Shown piece after piece: positions 56,053 through 64,000 of a DNA stretch of 64,000 bases (the first letter of the stretch is position 1; every line of letters begins with the position of its first letter). The position numbers were made by a program, and so were the translations under genes. Origin of the DNA: Calditrichales bacterium (GTDB lineage Bacteria > Calditrichota > Calditrichia > Calditrichales > J004); assembly GCA_965267575.1 (NCBI GenBank), contig OZ254086.1, forward strand, positions 4,000,001 to 4,064,000, given 5' to 3'. A model generated the notes under the pieces. It did not search any database, had not been told where the DNA came from, and saw nothing but the letters and a program-made list of their open reading frames with translations.

Positions 56053-59000
56053 TTACTTGATTAAGGCGAATTTTACAATTTTTTCGCCAACACCCGGTGC
56101 ATCTATATGGGCTACGTACACGCCGTAAGCAACACTGAAGCCGTCTTCACTGAGCAGGTTCCAGTATTCACGTCCGTTTTCGAGACCCGTGTTGTGCTCT
56201 ATTTTGCGCACAAGTTGCCCGCTTAAAGTAAAAATGCGGATGGTGCACTGCGGCGGCAGGTTTTCGAAATAGATGCGCCGCTCGCCACGAAGTTTTCCGG
56301 GTATGCGCGTTGTCGGCTCGATATCGCTGTAGCCCACGTAGGGGTTGGGCACGACATATACATCGTCCAGACGGCTTTTGGCCACAGCGTTGTCCTCTTT
56401 GGCGCTTTCGGTGTTTATAAGATAGACATCATCGGTCGTAAGCGGCCGTTTGGTGCGCAGATAAAGCGTATCACCGTCGGTTGGCAGGCGTGTGCCCTGT
56501 GCCGTATCCTCGATCGTGCCAATGGTTAATGTCCACGTAAGGGTGTCCGTGAAGAAGTCATCGGAGCCCGGTTTGTAGAAGAAAATATCGTCTCCGGGTG
56601 TCCACGCGTCATCATTAAACCTGTCACGCAGCAAGGTTATGAGTTTTTCCGTCTGCCCGTCAAAATCATAATAGACACTGTAGTTGACCGGTATGGGCTT
56701 GGGCGTTCCCTGCCCGAAATCCAGCGCCGTGTCGATTTCACTTTCGCTGAAGACAACATAGTATTCGGCCGCTTCTTCCCTGCCCACCTTGGCCGGATTC
56801 AGTTTATCTACATACAGGCTGAAATCGAGCTCAAGATCATCGCTGGAGAAGCCTGAGCGCTCTGTGTCGACAACCATCTGCGGATCATTTCTGACGGTCA
56901 CGGTTATGCCGTCGAAGACCGGATTGCCGTCCTGCCCTTCAAGCAAGCGGCTTTTGTATATCGGGAAGAACCGGTAAGTAATCGTATATTCCACGCCGTC
57001 GGTCATATCGCTGTTGTCGGTGCGCTTGATCGCGCCACGCGACGCCAGCAGTTCGAAATCGTCTTCCGTGTAAACCGTACCCGAGGCGTCTTTCACCTCG
57101 AAAAGGTCATCGACAATAATATTTTCGTAATCAAGATCTGTTATTTTGTCGCCAAACAGGAAAAACGTTTCGGTATGCGGTGATTCCCTTGTCAGTGAAT
57201 AATTGAGGGTTTCTACTTCCTCGCCATCCACAAACATGGAATCATCGAAGGTAAGCGTGTACTGCTCGTCTGGCACGACAAGTTCGTTTAACACGGTCAA
57301 CTCTACATCGGCCGTCGCTACACCCTGATCATGAACAACGTTTTTGGAATTGATGTCTGGCGATACAAATCCCGCGGCGCGTTTGCCGGGAATGGCCGAG
57401 ACCGTGTTGTCATCAAAAGTCAGTTCCTGCGTAATCGGATCCAGGGTTATTTTTTTGGTTGTTTCCGACGGCGGAATAACATTGTCATCACCGTGGTCAT
57501 AGGCCACGACGGCATAATAGTAGGTTTGGCCATTAACCACATCATTACTGTCAACGAATGAATGAACCAGGCCCGTATTATCACCCAGGTAATATTGCAC
57601 GCCCCTGCCCGGATACGGCACCGGGTGATAGCCTTTCCAGGTATCTTCAATATCGGTTGACCATTCACCATCCTGATTCAAATCAACAAACGGTTCACCC
57701 TCATCAAACTTGCCGTTGTTATTCACATCTGTGAATGGTTCCGGGCGCACGGCAATGTCAAAGCGGGCATCACGTCCATTGGTCATTTTAAGCGGTTCGC
57801 TGAGGAAGCGTGTCCCACGCCCGTCTGTAATCTGCTGAATATCATCAAAGCTCGGATCGGTGCTGCGATAGATCACATAGCCTTCAAAGTCTTTGCCCGT
57901 GAGGGGATCGATGCTTTCTTCCGCACGATCGTCCCAGTATAGCGTCACCTTTTTGTCCCCCGGAACAGCCGTAACTTTGGGCTTTGTCGGCGGACGGAAA
58001 AACTGGTAATTGTTATTGTAAATACGCTGGACCGATTCAGCACTTAGCAAAAGATCATCCAGCGTCTCGCCAAACAGCATTGCCATGGAGATACGCTTGG
58101 TTTCACCTTTTTTAAGTGAGATGTAACCGGAGCCGTAAATGAACACGATATCTGTGTTTTGCTGAATCTGGCTGAAACCATTATAGCCGGTGGCGGGATT
58201 GTTGGGCCGGGTACGACGCCACATCTCTTCATCGTTATTTACACCGCCGACGCCTTCGGCATTCCAAACCCAGCTGCTGAAACTGGTCAAGCCAATCTGG
58301 TCTGCTTCGTCCAAATCGGTAAACTCAAAGTTTGGCTCACCCGGCGCCAGGGGATCAAGCGTTCCATCGGCCAACCGCCTGCCGGCAGTCGGCACGCCGT
58401 CTCCTTCACCCACATCATCGGTGCCGGCAATACCATCAATTCCCACATCATGCAGCAATGGGTCCCAGTCACCGTCGTTGTCGATACCATCATCCTGACG
58501 CTCGTCGATCATGCCGTCACCATCGTTGTCAATACCGTCGTCGGGGTTGCCGGGGCTCTCCAGGAATTTACAGCCAAGGTAGCCCGTAGGCAGACCGAAG
58601 CTTCCTTCACCGTCCGGGTCCCAGAAATAGACCATACTACGCGCGTAAATCGGTATGTCGCTTACATCCTGTTGCGGCGTTGTATAGGGCGGTATAAAAA
58701 AGCCGTTGTCGTCCTTGTTTTCCGCTCCCACGGTTCCAAATACGCCGAGGTCCGGGTCACCGTAAATTGCAAAAACAACGCTGTCCAAGTCTTTATCGCT
58801 TACGTTCGTGATCGTATAGAGGAAGAAAACGGTGTTCTCAGCAAGAGCGTTGCTCCACTGAAAAGCGCGCCCTTCCACCTGCACGCCCAAACCGCGGCGC
58901 GAAGAGTCATCAACAAAAGGATAATAGGGAAATTCCGCGTTGTGGCGGTCATCCATGCCCCAGAATACTTCCAGGTCGGCGTTATTTTCGCCAACCGTCA

Positions 59001-59670
59001 ACAGTCCGGGCCAGACATACTCACCCAGCGTTTCATTATACCAGTCCCGCGGCCAGCTGTCCGGTTTACCGTCACCGTCATCATCCGGGGCGGGGTTGGA
59101 GGCCATCTTATCCTGATTGGGATCGGAATAGCCTGTCAGCGGTTCCCACTGCCAACGCTCGTTTGTGATCGGGTCCAGTTCCTGCAACCCGTAAATCACA
59201 TAGTCATTCACGCCATCGGACATGATGCGCAGCCGCTGTGTCGGATCGGCGCTGTCCGGAACGGATGCTCCAACCAGCGGTCCAAACTGGTAAACGTAAG
59301 ACAAATTGCGCCAAACCACGTTATCCACACCACGCAGGGGATCTTCGCCACCCGGCCCGATGCCGCCGTAGTTGTAAACAACGGTGGTCAGGCGGTTGCC
59401 GTTCATGATCAGCCCTTTGCGCGGCTCGTGATTGGTGATATCGCTGTTTTTAAGCATAAATGCCGGAGGCGTATTGCTGTCGCCTTTAGACGGCCCTTCA
59501 TCGCTGCTGCGGGGCGACCAGGCCGGCATATAGCGCTCGATATGGGCTTTTACCGCTTCATGCTCGCTCCGGCGCTGCGATTCATCGGTGCCGGCATCCT
59601 GTGCCCAGGCGCCAAATACCAGCAGAAGCGTAATCAGTAATGTGCTTTTTAAATACATGTGTAACCTCAT
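56053..59670 (-). CDS. Large secreted acidic protein with DxDxDG motifs, FN3-like domain and T9SS-CTD/FlgD-like C-terminus
   Basis: Signal peptide; DGIDNDGDG repeats; PKVTAVPGDKKVTLYWD...NGQTYYYAVVAYD; VYVVPNPY...TIRIFTLSGQLV...GVYVAHI...KFALIK. Confidence 0.75.
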   Translation of the reverse strand: MRLHMYLKSTLLITLLLVFGAWAQDAGTDESQRRSEHEAVKAHIERYMPAWSPRSSDEGPSKGDSNTPPAFMLKNSDITNHEPRKGLIMNGNRLTTVVYNYGGIGPGGEDPLRGVDNVVWRNLSYVYQFGPLVGASVPDSADPTQRLRIMSDGVNDYVIYGLQELDPITNERWQWEPLTGYSDPNQDKMASNPAPDDDGDGKPDSWPRDWYNETLGEYVWPGLLTVGENNADLEVFWGMDDRHNAEFPYYPFVDDSSRRGLGVQVEGRAFQWSNALAENTVFFLYTITNVSDKDLDSVVFAIYGDPDLGVFGTVGAENKDDNGFFIPPYTTPQQDVSDIPIYARSMVYFWDPDGEGSFGLPTGYLGCKFLESPGNPDDGIDNDGDGMIDERQDDGIDNDGDWDPLLHDVGIDGIAGTDDVGEGDGVPTAGRRLADGTLDPLAPGEPNFEFTDLDEADQIGLTSFSSWVWNAEGVGGVNNDEEMWRRTRPNNPATGYNGFSQIQQNTDIVFIYGSGYISLKKGETKRISMAMLFGETLDDLLLSAESVQRIYNNNYQFFRPPTKPKVTAVPGDKKVTLYWDDRAEESIDPLTGKDFEGYVIYRSTDPSFDDIQQITDGRGTRFLSEPLKMTNGRDARFDIAVRPEPFTDVNNNGKFDEGEPFVDLNQDGEWSTDIEDTWKGYHPVPYPGRGVQYYLGDNTGLVHSFVDSNDVVNGQTYYYAVVAYDHGDDNVIPPSETTKKITLDPITQELTFDDNTVSAIPGKRAAGFVSPDINSKNVVHDQGVATADVELTVLNELVVPDEQYTLTFDDSMFVDGEEVETLNYSLTRESPHTETFFLFGDKITDLDYENIIVDDLFEVKDASGTVYTEDDFELLASRGAIKRTDNSDMTDGVEYTITYRFFPIYKSRLLEGQDGNPVFDGITVTVRNDPQMVVDTERSGFSSDDLELDFSLYVDKLNPAKVGREEAAEYYVVFSESEIDTALDFGQGTPKPIPVNYSVYYDFDGQTEKLITLLRDRFNDDAWTPGDDIFFYKPGSDDFFTDTLTWTLTIGTIEDTAQGTRLPTDGDTLYLRTKRPLTTDDVYLINTESAKEDNAVAKSRLDDVYVVPNPYVGYSDIEPTTRIPGKLRGERRIYFENLPPQCTIRIFTLSGQLVRKIEHNTGLENGREYWNLLSEDGFSVAYGVYVAHIDAPGVGEKIVKFALIK

Positions 59671-62418
59671 TTAGAAACCAACTGTTATACCGACGCGCAC
59701 TTCCCGCGGCGGAAGATAAAAGGAAGGATTATTGAAAAACTCTTCGACCGTGTTCAGCTCTTCGTATTCTTCAGCCAGCTTATCCGTGCTTTTGGCCGGA
59801 TTCTGACTTTGCTCCAGCGAGTAACCTGCCGTGCCCGTGTCGTTATAAACAAAGCGCTCATTCAGGCGGTCAAACAGGTTGAATACTTTCAGGAAAAGCG
59901 TCACGTCTACAGCATTGAACCCAAATGTCTTCTCAGCCATCAGGTCCACATTAAGCTGCATCGGCTTGCGCTCGCTGTTCTGGCGCAGGAATATCTGGCG
60001 GTCGAACAAAACGGGCGTGTAAGGCAAACCGTTGCCATAACGGCCAATCACCGTAAAGATGGAATTCCAGTCGCTCTTAACCAGGCTGAATGTGCCGTTG
60101 ATCGTATGGGTTTGATCCCAGCTGAGCAAGACGGGGATTTTCTCGCTTTGCGTGCCGGAGCTCAGGTCGCTGAAAAAAGCGTTGGCATCGGTGTCGTTGC
60201 CTTCTGCTACCTGGAAGGTGTAATCAAGCGAGGCACGTATCATGTCGTCACGATCGCGCTGCTTGAGGAAGCTGAGAACGATACCCTTGATATTGGCGTA
60301 ATCCTTATTCACGTATTTATCGTACACCTTGGATGTGCTGACGCGAATACGCTGAAGCGCCAGCAGATCGCGCACGTCTTTGTAATAGCCCGTAATCGTA
60401 AAGGCCGTGTTATCGGTAAGCTGTTGCTGCAAACCGATTTCGTAGGAAACGTTCTTTTCCGGTTTCAGGTCTGCATTGCCGTAGGTCGGTATGCCCGGTG
60501 TATAGGCAAACTCCGAATTGGTATAGAGAAAACGGAATGGCGGCAGTTGGAAAAAGTGGCCGTAGGAAAAGTGGATAACCGCCGTGCTCGATATCGGGAA
60601 GGATACGCCCAGGCGCGGGCTGAGCTGGTATTTGGGATCCGCTTCGTCCAGCAGTTCATCCGGGTTTACGGAGCCGGGCAGATCAGGATCAAACGGTGTC
60701 GGGTTAAACAGGTCTGTAGAATACTGCGATTTGGCGTCCATATAATCAAAGCGCAGCCCGACGTTCAACACCAGGCTTTCAAACTCCATCTTGTCCTGGG
60801 CGTAGGCGGAGAATTCAACCGGTTTTTTACTGTAGCGCTCGTGCTCCGGCGAGGCCAGGCTCGGAATAAACGGATCATCTTCCATCGATTCACGCTTGAC
60901 CGTGAAAAACTGGTAATCGATCGTGTGCGTTTTGCCCTCAACACCCATCTTTATTTCGTGGCTGTTGGTTACCTGCGAAACAAGGTCGATTTTGCCGCCA
61001 TAGGTGTTGGAACGCTGGTAGAAATGGTCATTAAGTGTGCCGCCATTGTTGAATGTATAGTTGGCGGCCGTCACGTTGATAGCCTGCTCCGGGCGGTACC
61101 TCGGGTCCGGCCTGAGACTGCTGAAATCCTCTCCCGGGAAAAAGTCCGCCGTATTCCCGGAACTGTCCAGTAATGGATAAAGATAGCGGTTAAAATCATT
61201 CCGGGACCATGTACCGCGCAGCGTGTAAAATGTCTTTGGGCTTAATACATGCTTAAGCTCCAACGTGTTTACGATTCCCCATTCGCGGCGGTTATAGTTG
61301 GCTTCGGGATTGTATTTCAGCGAATGGCTGTAGCTCTTCCAGCGGCTGTTGGACCAGATGACATCGTAATTCAGCTTGAGCGCGTCCAACGGCTTAAACG
61401 TAAATTTACCCGTAATGCTGTGTTCATAAGAAGCATTCATCGGCACCTTTTTATTATCGCCGCTGGCTTCTATGATAAAATTCTGAGGGTCGTTGGGGTC
61501 TTTGGTAATTTCATCCGACGGCAGGTGCTGGCGGATGCCGTAGAGATAGCCGTCTTTATTTTCAAAGCGGGCCGAGGCAAAGAAGGTGAGTTGGTCTTCC
61601 AGCCCGGGAATCGGCCCGCTAAATGTTGTTTCCAGAACATTGTTGGCTAATGGCGCCACATCTCCTATGTTCAGGAAAACATCGTCCCGGCCGCTAAGGT
61701 AATCGCCGCTGTAGGCCGAAACGCTGCCTTTGAATTCCTTACCGCCCTCCTTGGTCACCATATTGACGATGCCGGAAAGCGCGTTGCCGTACTCGGCATT
61801 GAATGTCCCGCTGACCACGGACAGCTCGCTGATGGCGTTGGTGGCCACCTGCACCGATCGCGAGTTATCGTAAGGATTGGACACGGAAATACCGTTTACA
61901 TTATAGGTTACTTCCGTGCTTCTGCCGCCGCGGATGTGCAGTTCACCCCCCGCTCCCTCGGTGATACCGGCCTGCAGCGTCAGGATCTGCTGCACGTCTT
62001 CCACGGGCAGCGCCTCAATCTCATCGGAGCTGATCGATGTTTGTGACGATGTGAGGTCTTTGCGGATAAGCTCGCGCTCTGCCTCCACCACGACCGTCTC
62101 CCCTTCCATCACTTCCGGGGTCAGTTTAAAGTTCAGCTTGGTCGTAAAATCAGCGTTTACCTGAACGTTTTTGACCTCCTGGCGCGCGTAACCCACCGCT
62201 TCGGCGATGACCGTGTAGCTACCGGGTGAGATATTGTTGATCACATAAATCCCCTCAATATCCGTGGCCGCGCCCTGTGTGGTACCCTGCAGATAGATGT
62301 TTATGCCGGGCAGCGGTTCACCGGATTCGGCATCGCTGACCGCCCCTGCAATCTTACCGGTTGTGCCGGCATAAGCCATCGAAAACAGACTGAATAGAAT
62401 GGCAAAAAAAAGTCGCAT
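59671..62418 (-). CDS. TonB-dependent receptor with N-terminal carboxypeptidase-regulatory-like domain
   Basis: Start probably ATG 62418 (GGGGAG RBS); GTTGKIAGAV.D..GEPLPG, LHIRGGRSTE, GTFNAEYGNALSGIVN, LKPEKN.SYEIG, terminal GF. Confidence 0.92.
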   Translation of the reverse strand: MRLFFAILFSLFSMAYAGTTGKIAGAVSDAESGEPLPGINIYLQGTTQGAATDIEGIYVINNISPGSYTVIAEAVGYARQEVKNVQVNADFTTKLNFKLTPEVMEGETVVVEAERELIRKDLTSSQTSISSDEIEALPVEDVQQILTLQAGITEGAGGELHIRGGRSTEVTYNVNGISVSNPYDNSRSVQVATNAISELSVVSGTFNAEYGNALSGIVNMVTKEGGKEFKGSVSAYSGDYLSGRDDVFLNIGDVAPLANNVLETTFSGPIPGLEDQLTFFASARFENKDGYLYGIRQHLPSDEITKDPNDPQNFIIEASGDNKKVPMNASYEHSITGKFTFKPLDALKLNYDVIWSNSRWKSYSHSLKYNPEANYNRREWGIVNTLELKHVLSPKTFYTLRGTWSRNDFNRYLYPLLDSSGNTADFFPGEDFSSLRPDPRYRPEQAINVTAANYTFNNGGTLNDHFYQRSNTYGGKIDLVSQVTNSHEIKMGVEGKTHTIDYQFFTVKRESMEDDPFIPSLASPEHERYSKKPVEFSAYAQDKMEFESLVLNVGLRFDYMDAKSQYSTDLFNPTPFDPDLPGSVNPDELLDEADPKYQLSPRLGVSFPISSTAVIHFSYGHFFQLPPFRFLYTNSEFAYTPGIPTYGNADLKPEKNVSYEIGLQQQLTDNTAFTITGYYKDVRDLLALQRIRVSTSKVYDKYVNKDYANIKGIVLSFLKQRDRDDMIRASLDYTFQVAEGNDTDANAFFSDLSSGTQSEKIPVLLSWDQTHTINGTFSLVKSDWNSIFTVIGRYGNGLPYTPVLFDRQIFLRQNSERKPMQLNVDLMAEKTFGFNAVDVTLFLKVFNLFDRLNERFVYNDTGTAGYSLEQSQNPAKSTDKLAEEYEELNTVEEFFNNPSFYLPPREVRVGITVGF

Positions 62419-62627
62419 ACTCCCCCCGTTTACATGTAAACTGTCCAGATAGTTCGGATTCTGAACAATCACCATAAAAAAAATGCTTTTGGGATTTTAA
62501 CAAGTTAAAAAGGACAGATAGACGATAAAAAAGCCCGCTCAAAAAATCAAATGAAAATTCTACTATTTTATGCTTGTAAATTAATTTCATGGTCTTACAT
62601 TTCGAAAAACTTATCAAGGGTTTGATT

Positions 62628-64000
62628 ATGAATAATTTCCAAACAATATCTTATGTATGGTTAAGCCTCCTATTAAGTATGTGCTTATCAACCAGCCAGG
62701 ATTATATGGTGTTTGAGCAAAATGCCTTTAAAATTCCCGTCGACAATCGCGGAGGCTATGGCAATAGCTGGCTTATACCGGATAGCCTGAAAACCACGCA
62801 ATATAATAATGATTCTTTTATTCTATATGCTGCCGGATTTATGATGACCGGAAAACTTGATACGTTACTATGGTGTAACGGTACATTTGATGCGGGATTA
62901 CATCAAGGCTATTTACCCGGTACTTATGCTAACCCGGACCCGGATCAAAACATTTTCAGGATTTCAAAAAATGATACTGCATTCGGAAAAGCCTGGCAGC
63001 AATGGAAGGCAGCTGTTGACCTTGGAGCGCCTTTTTTTGATGGAGATAATGACGGCGTCTATAGCCCTGTTGATAAGAATTTAAACGGACAATGGGATGA
63101 GGATGAAGACAAGCCTTTATTTCAAGGAGACAAAACAATTTGGCTTAAGTATTATGATGGAGAGCCACAAGAAAGCCGTGGCGATATCATCGACCCTAAT
63201 GGTCCAGTGGGAATTGAAATAGAACAATCTGTATTTGGCTGGGGAGCCGATACAACTCATCCACTTTACGAAACCATTTTTATACGCTATATATTAGAAA
63301 ACACGGGTATCTATTCCGACGTTCTTGATTCGCTTTATTTTGCACCCGCCATTGATCCGGATATCGGCCAAACCTATGAAGACGACTGGGGTGTCAGTGA
63401 TCTTGCAAGCAAAGCCGGTTTTGGTCACGACAATACAAATAACTGGAAAATACTGTATGACCCGGTACGTTTTATAACAAGACCGCCGGCATTAGGCCTC
63501 GACATCGTCGTCAACGCTCAGACCCGAATACCCAGCGTTACTTACAAGGACCTAAACGGAAACGGACGCTTTGACGGACGCAGCGACATACCGCTCAGCG
63601 AAGTCACTGTATTTAGAGGTCCGGATATAGAAAGAGTGGTTTATCCTGGTGCTTCCGATGTAGGCACTCACGCGGTCCGGCCATATCCCAAAGATCCCTA
63701 CGATCCGGATTCACGGCAAGATGTCCGCTGGCTGACGATGGGTGGCCGCAACAAATCGGGTGCTATTATTGATCCCTGCACATATCCTTATGGCAATGGC
63801 CCGGAACTGGAAGGTTGCGACACACTCAATCCGCTATTTATGTTCAGTGGCGATCCGGTAAGCGGTACAGGCTGGTTTATGGCTACGAATTACGATATCC
63901 GTGTTCTTGTATCCACGGGTCCTTTCCGCCTGGAAAAGGGAAATCCCGTGGAAATACTTGTGGCATTTACGGTTACACGAGGCGAAAACCATCTCAACAG
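62628..64000 (+). CDS. Secreted protein of unknown function, partial (runs off the right edge); related to the N-terminal domain of 56053-59670
   Basis: Not in ORF track. Manual translation from ATG 62628 stays open to the window end: MNNFQTISYVWLSLLLSMCLSTSQDY...GAPFFDGDNDG...GIEIEQSVFGW...IFIRY...DPDIG...FMFSGDPVSGTGW...STGPFRLEKG. Confidence 0.8.
   Translation, partial: MNNFQTISYVWLSLLLSMCLSTSQDYMVFEQNAFKIPVDNRGGYGNSWLIPDSLKTTQYNNDSFILYAAGFMMTGKLDTLLWCNGTFDAGLHQGYLPGTYANPDPDQNIFRISKNDTAFGKAWQQWKAAVDLGAPFFDGDNDGVYSPVDKNLNGQWDEDEDKPLFQGDKTIWLKYYDGEPQESRGDIIDPNGPVGIEIEQSVFGWGADTTHPLYETIFIRYILENTGIYSDVLDSLYFAPAIDPDIGQTYEDDWGVSDLASKAGFGHDNTNNWKILYDPVRFITRPPALGLDIVVNAQTRIPSVTYKDLNGNGRFDGRSDIPLSEVTVFRGPDIERVVYPGASDVGTHAVRPYPKDPYDPDSRQDVRWLTMGGRNKSGAIIDPCTYPYGNGPELEGCDTLNPLFMFSGDPVSGTGWFMATNYDIRVLVSTGPFRLEKGNPVEILVAFTVTRGENHLN

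Noticed and set aside
58470..58545. Short DNA direct repeats (CCGTCGTTGTCGATACC-like)
   Set aside because: Explained by the coding repeat DDGIDNDGD; not an independent DNA element.
58159..61173. 493-aa and 454-aa plus-strand ORFs
   Set aside because: Antisense shadows of the large secreted protein and the TonB-dependent receptor.
62857..63138. 75-aa and 60-aa ORFs in the track
   Set aside because: Out-of-frame or antisense to the long open frame starting at 62628.
1..64000. tRNA, rRNA, prophage, integrase or known defence systems
   Set aside because: None recognised by eye; intergenic gaps are short. tRNAscan/Infernal/DefenseFinder were not run.

Overview
Gene-dense 64 kb chromosomal window from a diderm (LPS-making) bacterium. 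Gene content (PorV-family/TonB-dependent receptor module, NamZ-GT2-SpoIID-AmpG cluster, Bacteroidetes-like MutL) suggests the FCB group, e.g. Calditrichota/KSB1-like; this is inference. In order: clpB (partial), tatA, hsp20, radA; a secreted beta-helix protein; a TetR-TolC-MFP-RND efflux operon; a peptidoglycan-recycling operon; a 13-gene type IV pilus locus whose PilB ATPase carries a C-terminal receiver domain; miaA, mutL, an antiporter, a Cys-less ArsC-fold protein, a hybrid kinase lacking its phospho-His and a HicB-HicA-like fusion; kdsA-kdsC-kdsD-lptC-lptA-lptB; rsmE; a pyr operon with a eukaryote-type bifunctional UMP synthase and a probable leader attenuator; a PAS-HisKA-REC protein lacking an ATPase domain; a KamA-like radical SAM enzyme; fbaB; a TBDR / large CTD protein / PorV-family module and a partial paralogous secreted protein. 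No rRNA, tRNA, CRISPR array or transposase was recognised. Best leads: a possible split histidine kinase phosphorelay linked to a receiver-fused PilB, the HicB-HicA fusion, the eukaryote-like UMP synthase, and a shared sigma54-like promoter architecture at clpB and hsp20. All calls come from reading motifs by eye; no searches were run.
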